Origin: a virus
Taxonomy: Duplodnaviria; Caudoviricetes
Strand: one strand, 5' to 3'
IMG/VR virus record: IMGVR_UViG_3300037751_000148
Location: 1-46,983 of that record
Length of the DNA stretch: 46,983 bases
In this document: piece by piece, positions 38,055 through 45,970 of the stretch
How positions within the stretch are numbered: the stretch's first letter is position 1
Layout of the letters: every line of letters begins with the position of its first letter
Notes under the pieces: generated by a model
Told to the model about the DNA's origin: nothing
Databases searched by the model: none
Seen by the model: the letters and a program-made list of their open reading frames with translations, nothing else
Translations under genes and position numbers: made by a program

Positions 38055-38646
38055 ATGCGTCGATGCGCAATTTTGATCCACGGCTTTCAACGTAACTGAT
38101 GGCGGGCAGGGCACTGTCAATTCGTTGGCACCGTTCTTCGAGGCGCTTGGCGTCACGCCTATCATTGTCAGGTACGGGTATTTCTTCCTGTTACAGACCA
38201 GGCTTAGGAATGACAACGTAGCAAGGAAAGTATGCGCTGCCGTGAAGGCGGCTCGTTTCAACTACGACGAGATTTACGTGGTTGGGCATAGCAATGGGTG
38301 CTCCATCGCAGAGCTGGCCTCTAGGATGCCCGGATTCAGCTGTGATGGGTTTACATTCATCAGCCCTGCCCTGAGGAGGGACCAGCCGCTACAGCCTGGC
38401 GTAGCGAAGCTGCACGTATGGCACAGCCCATCTGACCTCCCTGTCAGCCTGACCAAGTACCTTCCGTTCCGGGGCAACTGGGGCAGGATGGGAGCTGTCG
38501 GGTATAAGGGGGCACCAGATAGCAGGATCGTGAACTTCAACAAGGAAAGGGATTTTCTCCTATCCAGCAAGTCGCACTCGGACGTTTTTGAATATGACCT
38601 GATACCGTACTTCGGACCGGTCATAGCCGAAAAGACAGTCTCTTAA
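38055..38646 (+). pseudogene. Alpha/beta hydrolase (lipase-like) interrupted by a +1 frameshift
   Basis: AGGAGG SD and ATG at 38055 give MRRCAILIHGF then a stop at 38097; the +1 frame continues NVTDGGQGTVNSLAPFF...VVGHSNG...HS. Confidence 0.7.
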
Positions 38647-38765
38647 CGTCGATTCCGTGACCTATATCATACTTTGGACACAAGGTCAGTGACCTCCAGA
38701 ACGAGGTTAACTTGCAACGGATTCTCGCTGGTCAGCGGGGAAACGGTCAGGGCTGAGGGTAGCAC

Positions 38766-39035
38766 TCAGGAGCCTGTAGTTCTGGGCTCCTTCTCCTCCG
38801 GAGGAGTCATCCAAGTAGCAGCTTCCAACCAGTTGCTGTACTTGGATACTGCCCCTACAGCGTCTTGGAGTCTCCTTTCCCTGTCTTCGATAATAAAGTC
38901 CTTGGCAGCACTCCAAGTCTCGAACGCGTAATCCAAAGCACCGGCAAAATTTTCGAACCCCTCAGTTGGGACCTTCTTCGTTATTTTAGGGAATGCGTTG
39001 TCTAGGTTACTAACTACGTATTTTTCTTCCATCAC
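38766..39035 (-). CDS. Hypothetical protein
   Basis: 89-aa ORF; last gene of the minus-strand arm. Confidence 0.55.
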   Translation of the reverse strand: MMEEKYVVSNLDNAFPKITKKVPTEGFENFAGALDYAFETWSAAKDFIIEDRERRLQDAVGAVSKYSNWLEAATWMTPPEEKEPRTTGS

Positions 39036-39235
39036 TCGACCCTCAGCAAATTGCCATTTTCATCCGTCTCCCACTCCGGGTGCGGCTCTGCGGTTTCAGG
39101 GTGGCAGAACTCGCCGCAACTATCGCAGTGCTCTCCACTTGGTGAGTGGCAGTCCCTGGTAGCGTAGCGCCAAGATGTATTGCAATCGACGTTCTCACAT
39201 TCGAAATATCGATACCCTGGTACTGGCTTTCTCAT
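39032..39235 (-). CDS. Small zinc-ribbon protein
   Basis: CENVDC...RDCHSPSGEHCDSCG. Confidence 0.65.
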   Translation of the reverse strand: MRKPVPGYRYFECENVDCNTSWRYATRDCHSPSGEHCDSCGEFCHPETAEPHPEWETDENGNLLRVE

Positions 39236-39387
39236 ATGCCTGTCACTCCAAAGTTAAAGCGCCATTGAAGCCTTATGCTCGTCAACGGACCACGAGTGGC
39301 TTGTAACTCACGGATATAGTGCCCGGGTCCGCTGAGTGCAACTAAAAGCTGCCTGAGAGCCAGTGCGTTCACTGTTATAGTTTCCAT
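39232..39387 (-). CDS. Hypothetical protein (51 aa; first gene downstream of attC-like site A)
   Basis: Hand translation METITVNALALRQLLVALSGPGHYIRELQATRGP...; GAGG SD; ATGA coupling to the next gene. Confidence 0.6.
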   Translation of the reverse strand: METITVNALALRQLLVALSGPGHYIRELQATRGPLTSIRLQWRFNFGVTGI

Positions 39388-39400
39388 ATTTACCTCTACG

Positions 39401-39461
39401 CCATAACAAATCGTTGTAATCGGACTGCAAACATCGCAGCCGCTAAACTCTGCCGTTAGGC
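39401..39461 (+). mobile_element. attC: attC-like recombination site A
   Basis: CCATAAC-AAATC-GTTGTAAT-CGGACTGC...GCAGCC-GCTAAAC-TCTGCC-GTTAGGC (R'', 5-nt spacer, L'', stem-loop, L', 6-nt spacer, R'). Confidence 0.8.
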
Positions 39462-39686
39462 GCTATCAGTAATCGTCAGAATACGACCGTCAGCTAAGTC
39501 GATTCTCCCTTGTTGAGTTCCATGACCGCAGCAGCAAGCCACGGTGTAAACACCTCCTGCATTCAATGCAGCAACAATATGATGAATGCACCAATCAATA
39601 CTGTGCACCTTTCCATTTATGGGCATTACAACTTGGTTCTCATACGTCGTTTTGCCGCCGCATTCATCGCATCTTTTACATGTCAT
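39456..39686 (-). CDS. Cassette gene, Cys/His-rich hypothetical protein
   Basis: IDWCIHHIVAALNAGGVYTVACCCGHG; stop TAA lies inside R' of site A. Confidence 0.75.
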   Translation of the reverse strand: MTCKRCDECGGKTTYENQVVMPINGKVHSIDWCIHHIVAALNAGGVYTVACCCGHGTQQGRIDLADGRILTITDSA

Positions 39687-39697
39687 ATTCGATCACC

Positions 39698-39919
39698 CTA
39701 ATTTTCTTCATCAACATTATCGAGTAACGCCTTTTTAAATCGCTCAATCAGCCAAAGCGCATCGCCGCCATCGGCATAAGTGCTGCTAAAAAACTCGTTA
39801 CCATCCAAATCATAACCGGCGAGAACGAAGCCCTTTAACTTTCCATCCAGGTTTTTTAACGTCAAATCCGCATCCGAATCTAGCGTAGTAATTACCGGCA
39901 ATTGAATTACGTTGCTCAA
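39698..39919 (-). CDS. Cassette gene, hypothetical protein (73 aa)
   Basis: Likely TTG start at 39919 after GGAGA; the ORF-track extension is a translation through attC B. Confidence 0.7.
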   Translation of the reverse strand: MSNVIQLPVITTLDSDADLTLKNLDGKLKGFVLAGYDLDGNEFFSSTYADGGDALWLIERFKKALLDNVDEEN

Positions 39920-39937
39920 TATTTTTCTCCAATAATC

Positions 39938-39999
39938 GCCTAACAAGGCGCTCAATCGGACCGGCAAACACCGCTGGCCGCTTAGCTTAATCATTAGGC
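39938..39999 (+). mobile_element. attC: attC-like recombination site B (R' core ATT instead of GTT)
   Basis: GCCTAAC-AAGGC-GCTCAATC-GGACCGGC...GCTGGCC-GCTTAGC-TTAATC-ATTAGGC. Confidence 0.8.
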
Positions 40000-40269
40000 G
40001 TCCTCTAGCTCATCGACGCCGAGTTCACCATTTTCTAACATCGCAGTGACAGCATCATCTAACATCACGTGCACCAGGGTTGATCCATCGGCATCCTCAT
40101 TCTCCAGTTGCCGAGCAAGGCCCTCAACAAATATTGTTTTGTCTGTAATTTCGATGTCGCCGGTTCCATATCTTCGGCCTACCTCGCAGGCATGACAGAG
40201 AATATCAACACCGATTGAAACTGATAAAATTCCGTTTTCCACAGTTACTTTTAGTTGCTGGTCTTTCAT
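39994..40269 (-). CDS. Cassette gene, acidic hypothetical protein
   Basis: GGAGG SD beside attC C; stop TAA lies inside R' of site B. Confidence 0.75.
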   Translation of the reverse strand: MKDQQLKVTVENGILSVSIGVDILCHACEVGRRYGTGDIEITDKTIFVEGLARQLENEDADGSTLVHVMLDDAVTAMLENGELGVDELEDA

Positions 40270-40282
40270 ACCCCCTCCAGAC

Positions 40283-40343
40283 GCATAACCAGTTAATGAA
40301 TGGGAGCTTCGCTTCGCTCGCTCCCTTATCGCCGGCGTTAACC
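40283..40343 (+). mobile_element. attC: attC-like recombination site C
   Basis: GCATAAC-CAGTT-AATGAATG-GGAGC-TTCGCTTCGCTC-GCTC-CCTTATC-GCCGGC-GTTAACC. Confidence 0.75.
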
Positions 40344-40344
40344 G

Positions 40345-40587
40345 TCAATGTTTCCGCACCAAGCCGGTCTTGAACTCCTGCCCGTCTGGGTCGGTAACGT
40401 AGTACTCTCCGTTCTGGCACCGCACGTTCACATCAACGCCGGTCACTCGCTTAAACAGTGCCTTCACCTCTTCCGCCCCGTCGCAGCGAGGTAGTGGCGG
40501 CTTAGGGCACACTCCGCTGTTGCCGTGGAACTTGAACATTTCCTCGCCATCCGGCATAGGTTCTCCGCACAATTTGCACTTGCTCAT
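40345..40587 (-). CDS. Cassette gene, hypothetical protein
   Basis: CKLCGEPMPDGEEMFKFHG..G.CPKPPL; AAGGA SD; ends 1 nt before site C. Confidence 0.75.
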   Translation of the reverse strand: MSKCKLCGEPMPDGEEMFKFHGNSGVCPKPPLPRCDGAEEVKALFKRVTGVDVNVRCQNGEYYVTDPDGQEFKTGLVRKH

Positions 40588-40613
40588 CTTGTTTCCTTTC
40601 TCGCCGGAAAATC

Positions 40614-40651
40614 GGCTAACAAATCACTGGTTTTAAACACTGTGGTTAAGT
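40614..40651 (+). mobile_element. Partial/truncated attC-like site D (array boundary)
   Basis: GGCTAAC-AAATC-ACTG matches an attC left half; GTTAAGT at 40645-40651 but no full L'/stem. Confidence 0.5.
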
Positions 40652-40665
40652 GGCCGTCCCTGGCC
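40652..40665 (-). promoter_or_regulatory. CsrA/RsmA-type binding hairpin
   Basis: The mRNA reads GGCC-AGGGAC-GGCC, an ANGGAN hexaloop closed by C-G. Confidence 0.5.
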
Positions 40666-40673
40666 GATCAGCC

Positions 40674-41846
40674 CTAGCCCCACTGTTCCAAGATGGAGTT
40701 CAGATCGGTACCGTGTGGGTCCGAAGGCTGCTGGAAGTAACCAGACCCAGCCGGGCCATCCGGGTTCTTTGCTACGGTAGCTTCTGGTTCCGACTCAACG
40801 AAGCCAGACCCCGCCGCCGCCGGTTGCGCTGCTACTCGGGGAGAGGCCGCATCAGCTTGCTTATTTCCTTTCCGAGCGCGCCACGCTCCATTCGCTGTCA
40901 GAGTCTTGTTGGCCGAGTGCCTGGCCGCGTCCCAGATCTCTCCGTTAGAATCGACCTCAGGACCGGCCTTCTGCTCAACGATGCCGCCGTACCCGCTTTC
41001 TGCCGCGCCTCGGGGATCGCCATAGACACCGGCCCTAGCCAGGGTATTCGTCTGTTCTGGATCAGGGTCTGGTGTCTCTAATGCCTTAACATAGTCGGGA
41101 ACATCCGGAACGTCGGCAGTCTCTTCGACCGGTCCCGCCGCTGCATTCTGGATGATTGACTGGATCTCTTCAGACGAAGCCCTGGCAACGGCTGCACCAG
41201 TCTCAGCCTCTGGCATAAACCCGCCTAGCGAGAACTTTATCTGTGGGAACTCCGCATCCTCAACGAAGGAGACTTTCGTAATGCAAGCCTGCACTGGTAC
41301 GCCGTGAGATTTAAGAGCCCGGCCGTAGGAGGTCAGTGCCTTAAGACTCATGGTTGGAACCTGCAACATGAACACATCGCCCTTGCCGGGGTTGTTTGGC
41401 GGCACAACATAGAGCCGCTTAACGTCGTGACATGCCTTCCCTTTGGTAGGGTTGCCGTGTGAGTCCATGCCACTGCCCCACTGGTTCATCGGGCACGTTG
41501 CACAGTTGGCGCACTGTGGTTCATCAACAAAGGTATCCGGGCGGATGCCGTCACTGCTTGAACAGTCTGGTGGATCGTCGCTGTCCGGGGTGTATGCGCC
41601 AGAATAGTAGCTCTTGGCGCAATACTTACCGGGTGGATCTGCCAGTAGAACCACAATATTGAGAGGTTGCCCCATAGACAGGGAACTCTCAGTACCGTCC
41701 TTTTTAAACCGGAACACTTTGCCTCGAAGGCTGATCCTCGGGAAAGACTCACGCTGCGTTATCAGCGATTCGTTGGAGTCCGTCCCGTAGTTCTTCAGGT
41801 ACGCCGGTAGTTGCATGCTTTCTGGAATGATCAGATCGTTAGCCAT
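40674..41846 (-). CDS. Putative ssDNA-binding/annealing protein with C-terminal accessory domain
   Basis: PRISLRGKVFR, PDCSSSDGIRPD, CATCPMNQWGS..GKAC, LQVPTMSLK; later WDAARHS...NGAWR; acidic tail; within the replication module. Confidence 0.7.
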   Translation of the reverse strand: MANDLIIPESMQLPAYLKNYGTDSNESLITQRESFPRISLRGKVFRFKKDGTESSLSMGQPLNIVVLLADPPGKYCAKSYYSGAYTPDSDDPPDCSSSDGIRPDTFVDEPQCANCATCPMNQWGSGMDSHGNPTKGKACHDVKRLYVVPPNNPGKGDVFMLQVPTMSLKALTSYGRALKSHGVPVQACITKVSFVEDAEFPQIKFSLGGFMPEAETGAAVARASSEEIQSIIQNAAAGPVEETADVPDVPDYVKALETPDPDPEQTNTLARAGVYGDPRGAAESGYGGIVEQKAGPEVDSNGEIWDAARHSANKTLTANGAWRARKGNKQADAASPRVAAQPAAAGSGFVESEPEATVAKNPDGPAGSGYFQQPSDPHGTDLNSILEQWG

Positions 41847-41847
41847 T

Positions 41848-42309
41848 TTAATTTCCTTCCCTTACTTGTAAAAACCGCTCTACTTGGTAGGCGGTGCCTG
41901 GTGGTAGGTTTCCCCCATGATCGTCAAGATATTCCTTGACGCTGTTTTTCAAGACTCCTTTTTTGATGTAGTGAAGATTTGACGCCTCGACTTTAGCAAC
42001 CAGCTCAACCTCTGACATTCCAGGGAACAGCGGCGCAATAGCGAACGCTAGAACATCTGACCAGTCACTGACTGAAACGAAATCCTGAGTCGTTACAAAG
42101 GCCGTCCCAACTCCTTTAGACTTGAGTGAGTCGGTACCCAGCTCAGTGCAGATCCGTTGCATCTCCTTCTTTATCGACTCAAGAGCTTTATTAGCAGCGT
42201 CTGAGTACTCTTTGTTCTTTTTGGCGTGTTCGTCGAGATCGTTTTTGATTGCGAAGTAAGCCTTAAATAGCTTATCAACGGGTTGGTACTTCTGGTTTGA
42301 ATCCGGCAT
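41848..42309 (-). CDS. Conserved phage replication-module protein
   Basis: Coiled-coil N-terminus; SLKSKGVGTAF...VSDW...LPPG pattern. Confidence 0.7.
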   Translation of the reverse strand: MPDSNQKYQPVDKLFKAYFAIKNDLDEHAKKNKEYSDAANKALESIKKEMQRICTELGTDSLKSKGVGTAFVTTQDFVSVSDWSDVLAFAIAPLFPGMSEVELVAKVEASNLHYIKKGVLKNSVKEYLDDHGGNLPPGTAYQVERFLQVREGN

Positions 42310-42655
42310 ACTTTTCCTTCCTCTTTATCAAATGTTTAACAGGGTCGTACTGCTCCGCGATGCACTTAACAACCCATCGCCTGTTGTCGTCCCCGCCGAA
42401 CCTTACGTAAAGCCTGCCTCCAGGCCCTTCATAACAAACTTTGACTAGGTGGTATAAGAAAGCTGTCCTCGCAGCAACCTTTTGGTAATCTAAAAGTGAC
42501 TGCACCTCTTTCTCTGTATAAAGCTTTTCCTCAGAAACCTCAGCTGCCTCGACCGGAGATATCAGGTACATTACGGTAACATAAACAGCAGCTACTAGAA
42601 CTATACTTATAATCAAGTTTGCGGCAGCTTCCATGAGAATTTTTCGTCTGCTCAT
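42275..42655 (-). CDS. Membrane-anchored hypothetical protein
   Basis: N-terminal TM helix; GAGG SD. Confidence 0.6.
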   Translation of the reverse strand: MSRRKILMEAAANLIISIVLVAAVYVTVMYLISPVEAAEVSEEKLYTEKEVQSLLDYQKVAARTAFLYHLVKVCYEGPGGRLYVRFGGDDNRRWVVKCIAEQYDPVKHLIKRKEKYAGFKPEVPTR

Positions 42656-42670
42656 AACAACACCTCACAC

Positions 42671-44200
42671 TTAGTTTTTAAGAAGATCCATCAACAGCCC
42701 TTGCATAGATTCCTTACTGAGTAGCCGCTTATAAACCTTATCTTCTGCTGGTGAGCATGACAGACGCCATATTGTCTGTATCTGATTCTGCCCACCACGC
42801 GTTATCCTCCCAGACGCCTGTTCGTCTGTTCCGAAGTTATCCACCGGCGACCACCATATAATAGTGTGTGACCTGGTTAAGTTTATACCGTGAGCCATCG
42901 CCTCAGGGTGCGCTACAATAAAATCTAAGTCTCCATACTGGAAGTCATCAAATATCCCTGTCCTTTTAGATTTCGGTACGTCTCCGTTTATAACCTTTAC
43001 CGATCCTGCCTTCTGTAGGTGGTCGGATAGTAACTTGCACGAAAATTTGTAGGGTGTGAATATTATAACCTTACTGCCTACAGATTCTATAATGCTATCC
43101 AACTCTTTCAGTTTCGTTTTGGAATTGATAGCCTCCGCGCTATGCCCTTCTACATAAGCAAGCCCACAAGATATCTGTAGTAACTTTCCAAGTTTAACGC
43201 CTTCATTGGCGGCTGTTATCTTCCCCTCTCGCATCTCGACAATGCACTTTTCCTTCATATCCTTGTAGTGCTTGGCCTGCTCCGTTGTCATCTCAACACG
43301 GCGCATCTTTGTAACACAAGGTGGGAGGTCAAGGCATGTCTTACGCTCGAACCTGATGCAATGATTCTTCAGCTTACCGTAGACGTATTCTTGCCAGCCT
43401 GTCTTAGGGAGCCAGTTGAACATCCCGTTCTGTACCATTACCTGATCCCTGAACCTTACGAATGACTTGGAGAAAATCTCTGTGTCGATCAACCTAGCCT
43501 GTGCCCAGATATCAGTTGGTGCCTTTGGCATAGGTGAGCCGCTCATTAGCCAGATGTTCTTAGTCTTGGCGGCTAGATAGCTAAGAGCCCGGTACCTGTC
43601 AGTTCTCTGGTTCTTTACCATCGTGCTTTCATCGACTGCTATGTGAGTAAGGCCCACAACCTTGTCAAATGCGCTACCGGTGACACGCCTTGAGTCACCC
43701 TTGGCCCAGTCCGACATTACAACAAGGCCCTCGTGGTTGATGATATAAACGTCAACATCTTCGCTGAGCATCTTTAAGCGCCTGGCCTTTGATCCGTGAA
43801 GTACCCGGCAGGTTAGGTGAGGGAATGACTTGAAGATCTCACGCGCCCAGACAACATCCAGGGTACTCAGTGTCGATACGATCAGCATCTTGCCGGCCAT
43901 TCCTTTACGCCTGAGAAAGTCATAGGCCCATAGGATCGGCAGGCTCTTGCCCGTACCTATCTCACTGAACACCCCCGCCCGCTGGTGCTGCACGAGGAAA
44001 TCAGCCGTCTCTACCTGGTGAGCGTATGGCTTAGGGTACTGGCTCTTGAAACCGTACTCAGTCCTTATCATCGATGGCAGGTTGATGCCCTTAGATGCCA
44101 GATACTGGTAGCTCTGCAGGCAGTACGGCAACACCGTAAACGGCCTGCCCTCAATCAGGTCCGGTACGATGATGGCGTTCTTCTCAGGCAGCACGAACAT
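42671..44200 (-). CDS. SNF2-family (SF2) helicase
   Basis: PYAHQ, EIGTGKS, VDES, MSGSP, HGINLT, QASGRITRGGQ. Confidence 0.93.
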   Translation of the reverse strand: MFVLPEKNAIIVPDLIEGRPFTVLPYCLQSYQYLASKGINLPSMIRTEYGFKSQYPKPYAHQVETADFLVQHQRAGVFSEIGTGKSLPILWAYDFLRRKGMAGKMLIVSTLSTLDVVWAREIFKSFPHLTCRVLHGSKARRLKMLSEDVDVYIINHEGLVVMSDWAKGDSRRVTGSAFDKVVGLTHIAVDESTMVKNQRTDRYRALSYLAAKTKNIWLMSGSPMPKAPTDIWAQARLIDTEIFSKSFVRFRDQVMVQNGMFNWLPKTGWQEYVYGKLKNHCIRFERKTCLDLPPCVTKMRRVEMTTEQAKHYKDMKEKCIVEMREGKITAANEGVKLGKLLQISCGLAYVEGHSAEAINSKTKLKELDSIIESVGSKVIIFTPYKFSCKLLSDHLQKAGSVKVINGDVPKSKRTGIFDDFQYGDLDFIVAHPEAMAHGINLTRSHTIIWWSPVDNFGTDEQASGRITRGGQNQIQTIWRLSCSPAEDKVYKRLLSKESMQGLLMDLLKN

Positions 44201-44536
44201 TTACTTTAACGCCTCTAGGACACTCAGCTTCTCTTCAACGTCTGGCCCGCCGTAGACCGTTATGTAAAGCCCGCCTGCATTCTGGATGCCCTCCCGTTGT
44301 AGTATCTGATACTCCGACATTGCGCCCTTGGCCGACTTGGCCTCGACCCCCACGAAAATCCCAACCGTTCGGCCTACGTCTGCAGCTGTGATGGTGTAAG
44401 GAAGGCAGAAGATATGGTCTGGTATCCCATGCGTTCCGTAGCCCGACTGAACCGGCATGTATCCCCATATACTGGGGAACATCTTTTTCATCCGGTCCTT
44501 AATCGCTTTCTTAACCTTACCCTCTGGCTGTGTCAT
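44201..44536 (-). CDS. VRR-NUC domain nuclease (Holliday junction resolvase-like)
   Basis: MTQPEGKVK...GYGTHGIPD...FVGVEAK...Q...IQNAGG; true start at 44536. Confidence 0.85.
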   Translation of the reverse strand: MTQPEGKVKKAIKDRMKKMFPSIWGYMPVQSGYGTHGIPDHIFCLPYTITAADVGRTVGIFVGVEAKSAKGAMSEYQILQREGIQNAGGLYITVYGGPDVEEKLSVLEALK

Positions 44537-44844
44537 TCTTCGTCCTCCGGAACATCTTTTTCGCTGGGAAGCCCCGCCTCGTCCAGCTCCTTCTCTATGG
44601 CGGATCTCGAAATCAGGGTTTTTGAAAGAGCCTGAAAAGCGTTTTCGTTGATATGGTTCGCGTCTGCCCACCTTCTGAACTGGATAGTCGCCAGACGCTC
44701 AGCGACTGCATCGACCTGGCGTACAATGTCCTGAAACAGTACCTTTGAGTTACCGACCATTGGCCTGAAGGTTATGGTAACAACCCCCGTCTCTATGTTC
44801 TCTACCAACGTCCAGTTTTCGCAAACACCCACGGACCTAGCCAT
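44533..44844 (-). CDS. Hypothetical protein
   Basis: 103 aa with coupled overlap. Confidence 0.6.
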   Translation of the reverse strand: MARSVGVCENWTLVENIETGVVTITFRPMVGNSKVLFQDIVRQVDAVAERLATIQFRRWADANHINENAFQALSKTLISRSAIEKELDEAGLPSEKDVPEDEE

Positions 44845-44846
44845 CG

Positions 44847-45527
44847 CTACACCCCTCTAGCATACTTGCACTGAGCCTTGTTACAGGGGCACCATCGGCA
44901 ATTGAAGTCCGAAGGGTTCGCCTGCCAAGAGTTGCTGTCACTGGCAATCTGGATCATCTCTGCTCGCTCCTCAAACTCCTCAATGAGTGCTGGCAGCTCG
45001 CCACGGTTATAGGATGCCGTCGTCTTGGTCTTGTGATCAACCCAGACATAGTGAGTGCCGACGTAATCCACCTGAGGGTGCAACAGCATGGCCGACATTC
45101 CAAACAACTTGAGCTGGTCACTGCTCTCCCTGACCTTGCCAGTCTTCCAGTCGATGATTGACGCCTTGTCACCGTGTGTCAGGATTACGTCATAGATAAC
45201 CCTCAGGTAGGCGTCCGCCGCGAACCAGCTGCACTGAGTATAGCCCCTGGTGAACGCTATCTGTTGCTCCACTCGGACATTCCAATCGTTCTTTGCCTGC
45301 AACTGGATGCCCGCAACCACTGGCTCCACGCTCCGAAGTTCGTAAGGAACTGGCTTGCCTCCAACCGCCAGCTCAAGATCCTTGTGAGCCTTCTTGCCAC
45401 GTAGCGTTGCTTCGTTGTCTGTGAACGGGATTCTCTGCCCCTTAGGGGCAAAGTTCTTCCAGTAGCACAGGAGCGGGCACTTTTCGAAGTCGGACAGTCG
45501 GCTCCATGAGTAGGCTATCTGAGTCAT
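44847..45527 (-). CDS. PD-(D/E)XK exonuclease (Cas4/RecB-like)
   Basis: SWSRLSDFEKCP, RGKKAH, IIDWKTGK, QLKLF, CRWCP...C. Confidence 0.88.
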   Translation of the reverse strand: MTQIAYSWSRLSDFEKCPLLCYWKNFAPKGQRIPFTDNEATLRGKKAHKDLELAVGGKPVPYELRSVEPVVAGIQLQAKNDWNVRVEQQIAFTRGYTQCSWFAADAYLRVIYDVILTHGDKASIIDWKTGKVRESSDQLKLFGMSAMLLHPQVDYVGTHYVWVDHKTKTTASYNRGELPALIEEFEERAEMIQIASDSNSWQANPSDFNCRWCPCNKAQCKYARGV

Positions 45528-45970
45528 ACCGGTGCCCCACGGTGGGACAGAAGATTACCGCCTCTCTCTTTTATCCGGTCGAATACTTCATCCCTGTGAA
45601 TGGATACGTCAGACGGAGCCGTGATCCCTACTTTAATGCCTCGTCTGTCCATAGCCAGTACCTCGAAGAATACCCTCCCATATACGGAACTGCCACCCGC
45701 CCCTTCGATCTCAAAGACAATGCCTTCTCCGATCTTTAAATGTTCCGTCGCTTGGAGACTTCCGTGAGCGGATGTTTCTAAAACGATCGGAGTCCCACGC
45801 TCGAATACGCTCCCCGGAGTGACGGATAGTCCCTTCCTAGCAAGTATTCCCCGATGTGGTTCCATCTCGATATAGAGAACAGCCGTTTTCCCTGTTGAGC
45901 GAACCTCTACAGTGATTAGCTCGTCACCGATTATTACAGACCTCCCCGCCTTTATCGAAAGTACTAGCAT
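45524..45970 (-). CDS. csrA: Tandem CsrA/RsmA-like RNA-binding protein
   Basis: N-terminal MLVLSIKAGRSVIIGDELITVEV and C-terminal IKVGITAPSDVSIHRDEVFDRI both align to CsrA. Confidence 0.8.
   Translation of the reverse strand: MLVLSIKAGRSVIIGDELITVEVRSTGKTAVLYIEMEPHRGILARKGLSVTPGSVFERGTPIVLETSAHGSLQATEHLKIGEGIVFEIEGAGGSSVYGRVFFEVLAMDRRGIKVGITAPSDVSIHRDEVFDRIKERGGNLLSHRGAPV

Noticed and set aside
38670-38765. Open frame continuing after the TGA of ORF 38766..39035 (possible read-through or recoding)
   Set aside because: Only about 32 codons with no motif; TGA is used as a normal stop elsewhere in the genome.
39920-39994. N-terminal extension MIKLSGQRCLPVRLSALLG of ORF 39698..39994, and ORF 40205..40420
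   Set aside because: These are translations through attC sites B and C; SD-supported starts lie outside the sites.
39401-40343. Palindromes read as Rho-independent terminators or CRISPR repeats
   Set aside because: There are no U tracts, the copies are not identical, and the spacers are whole genes; attC anatomy fits better.
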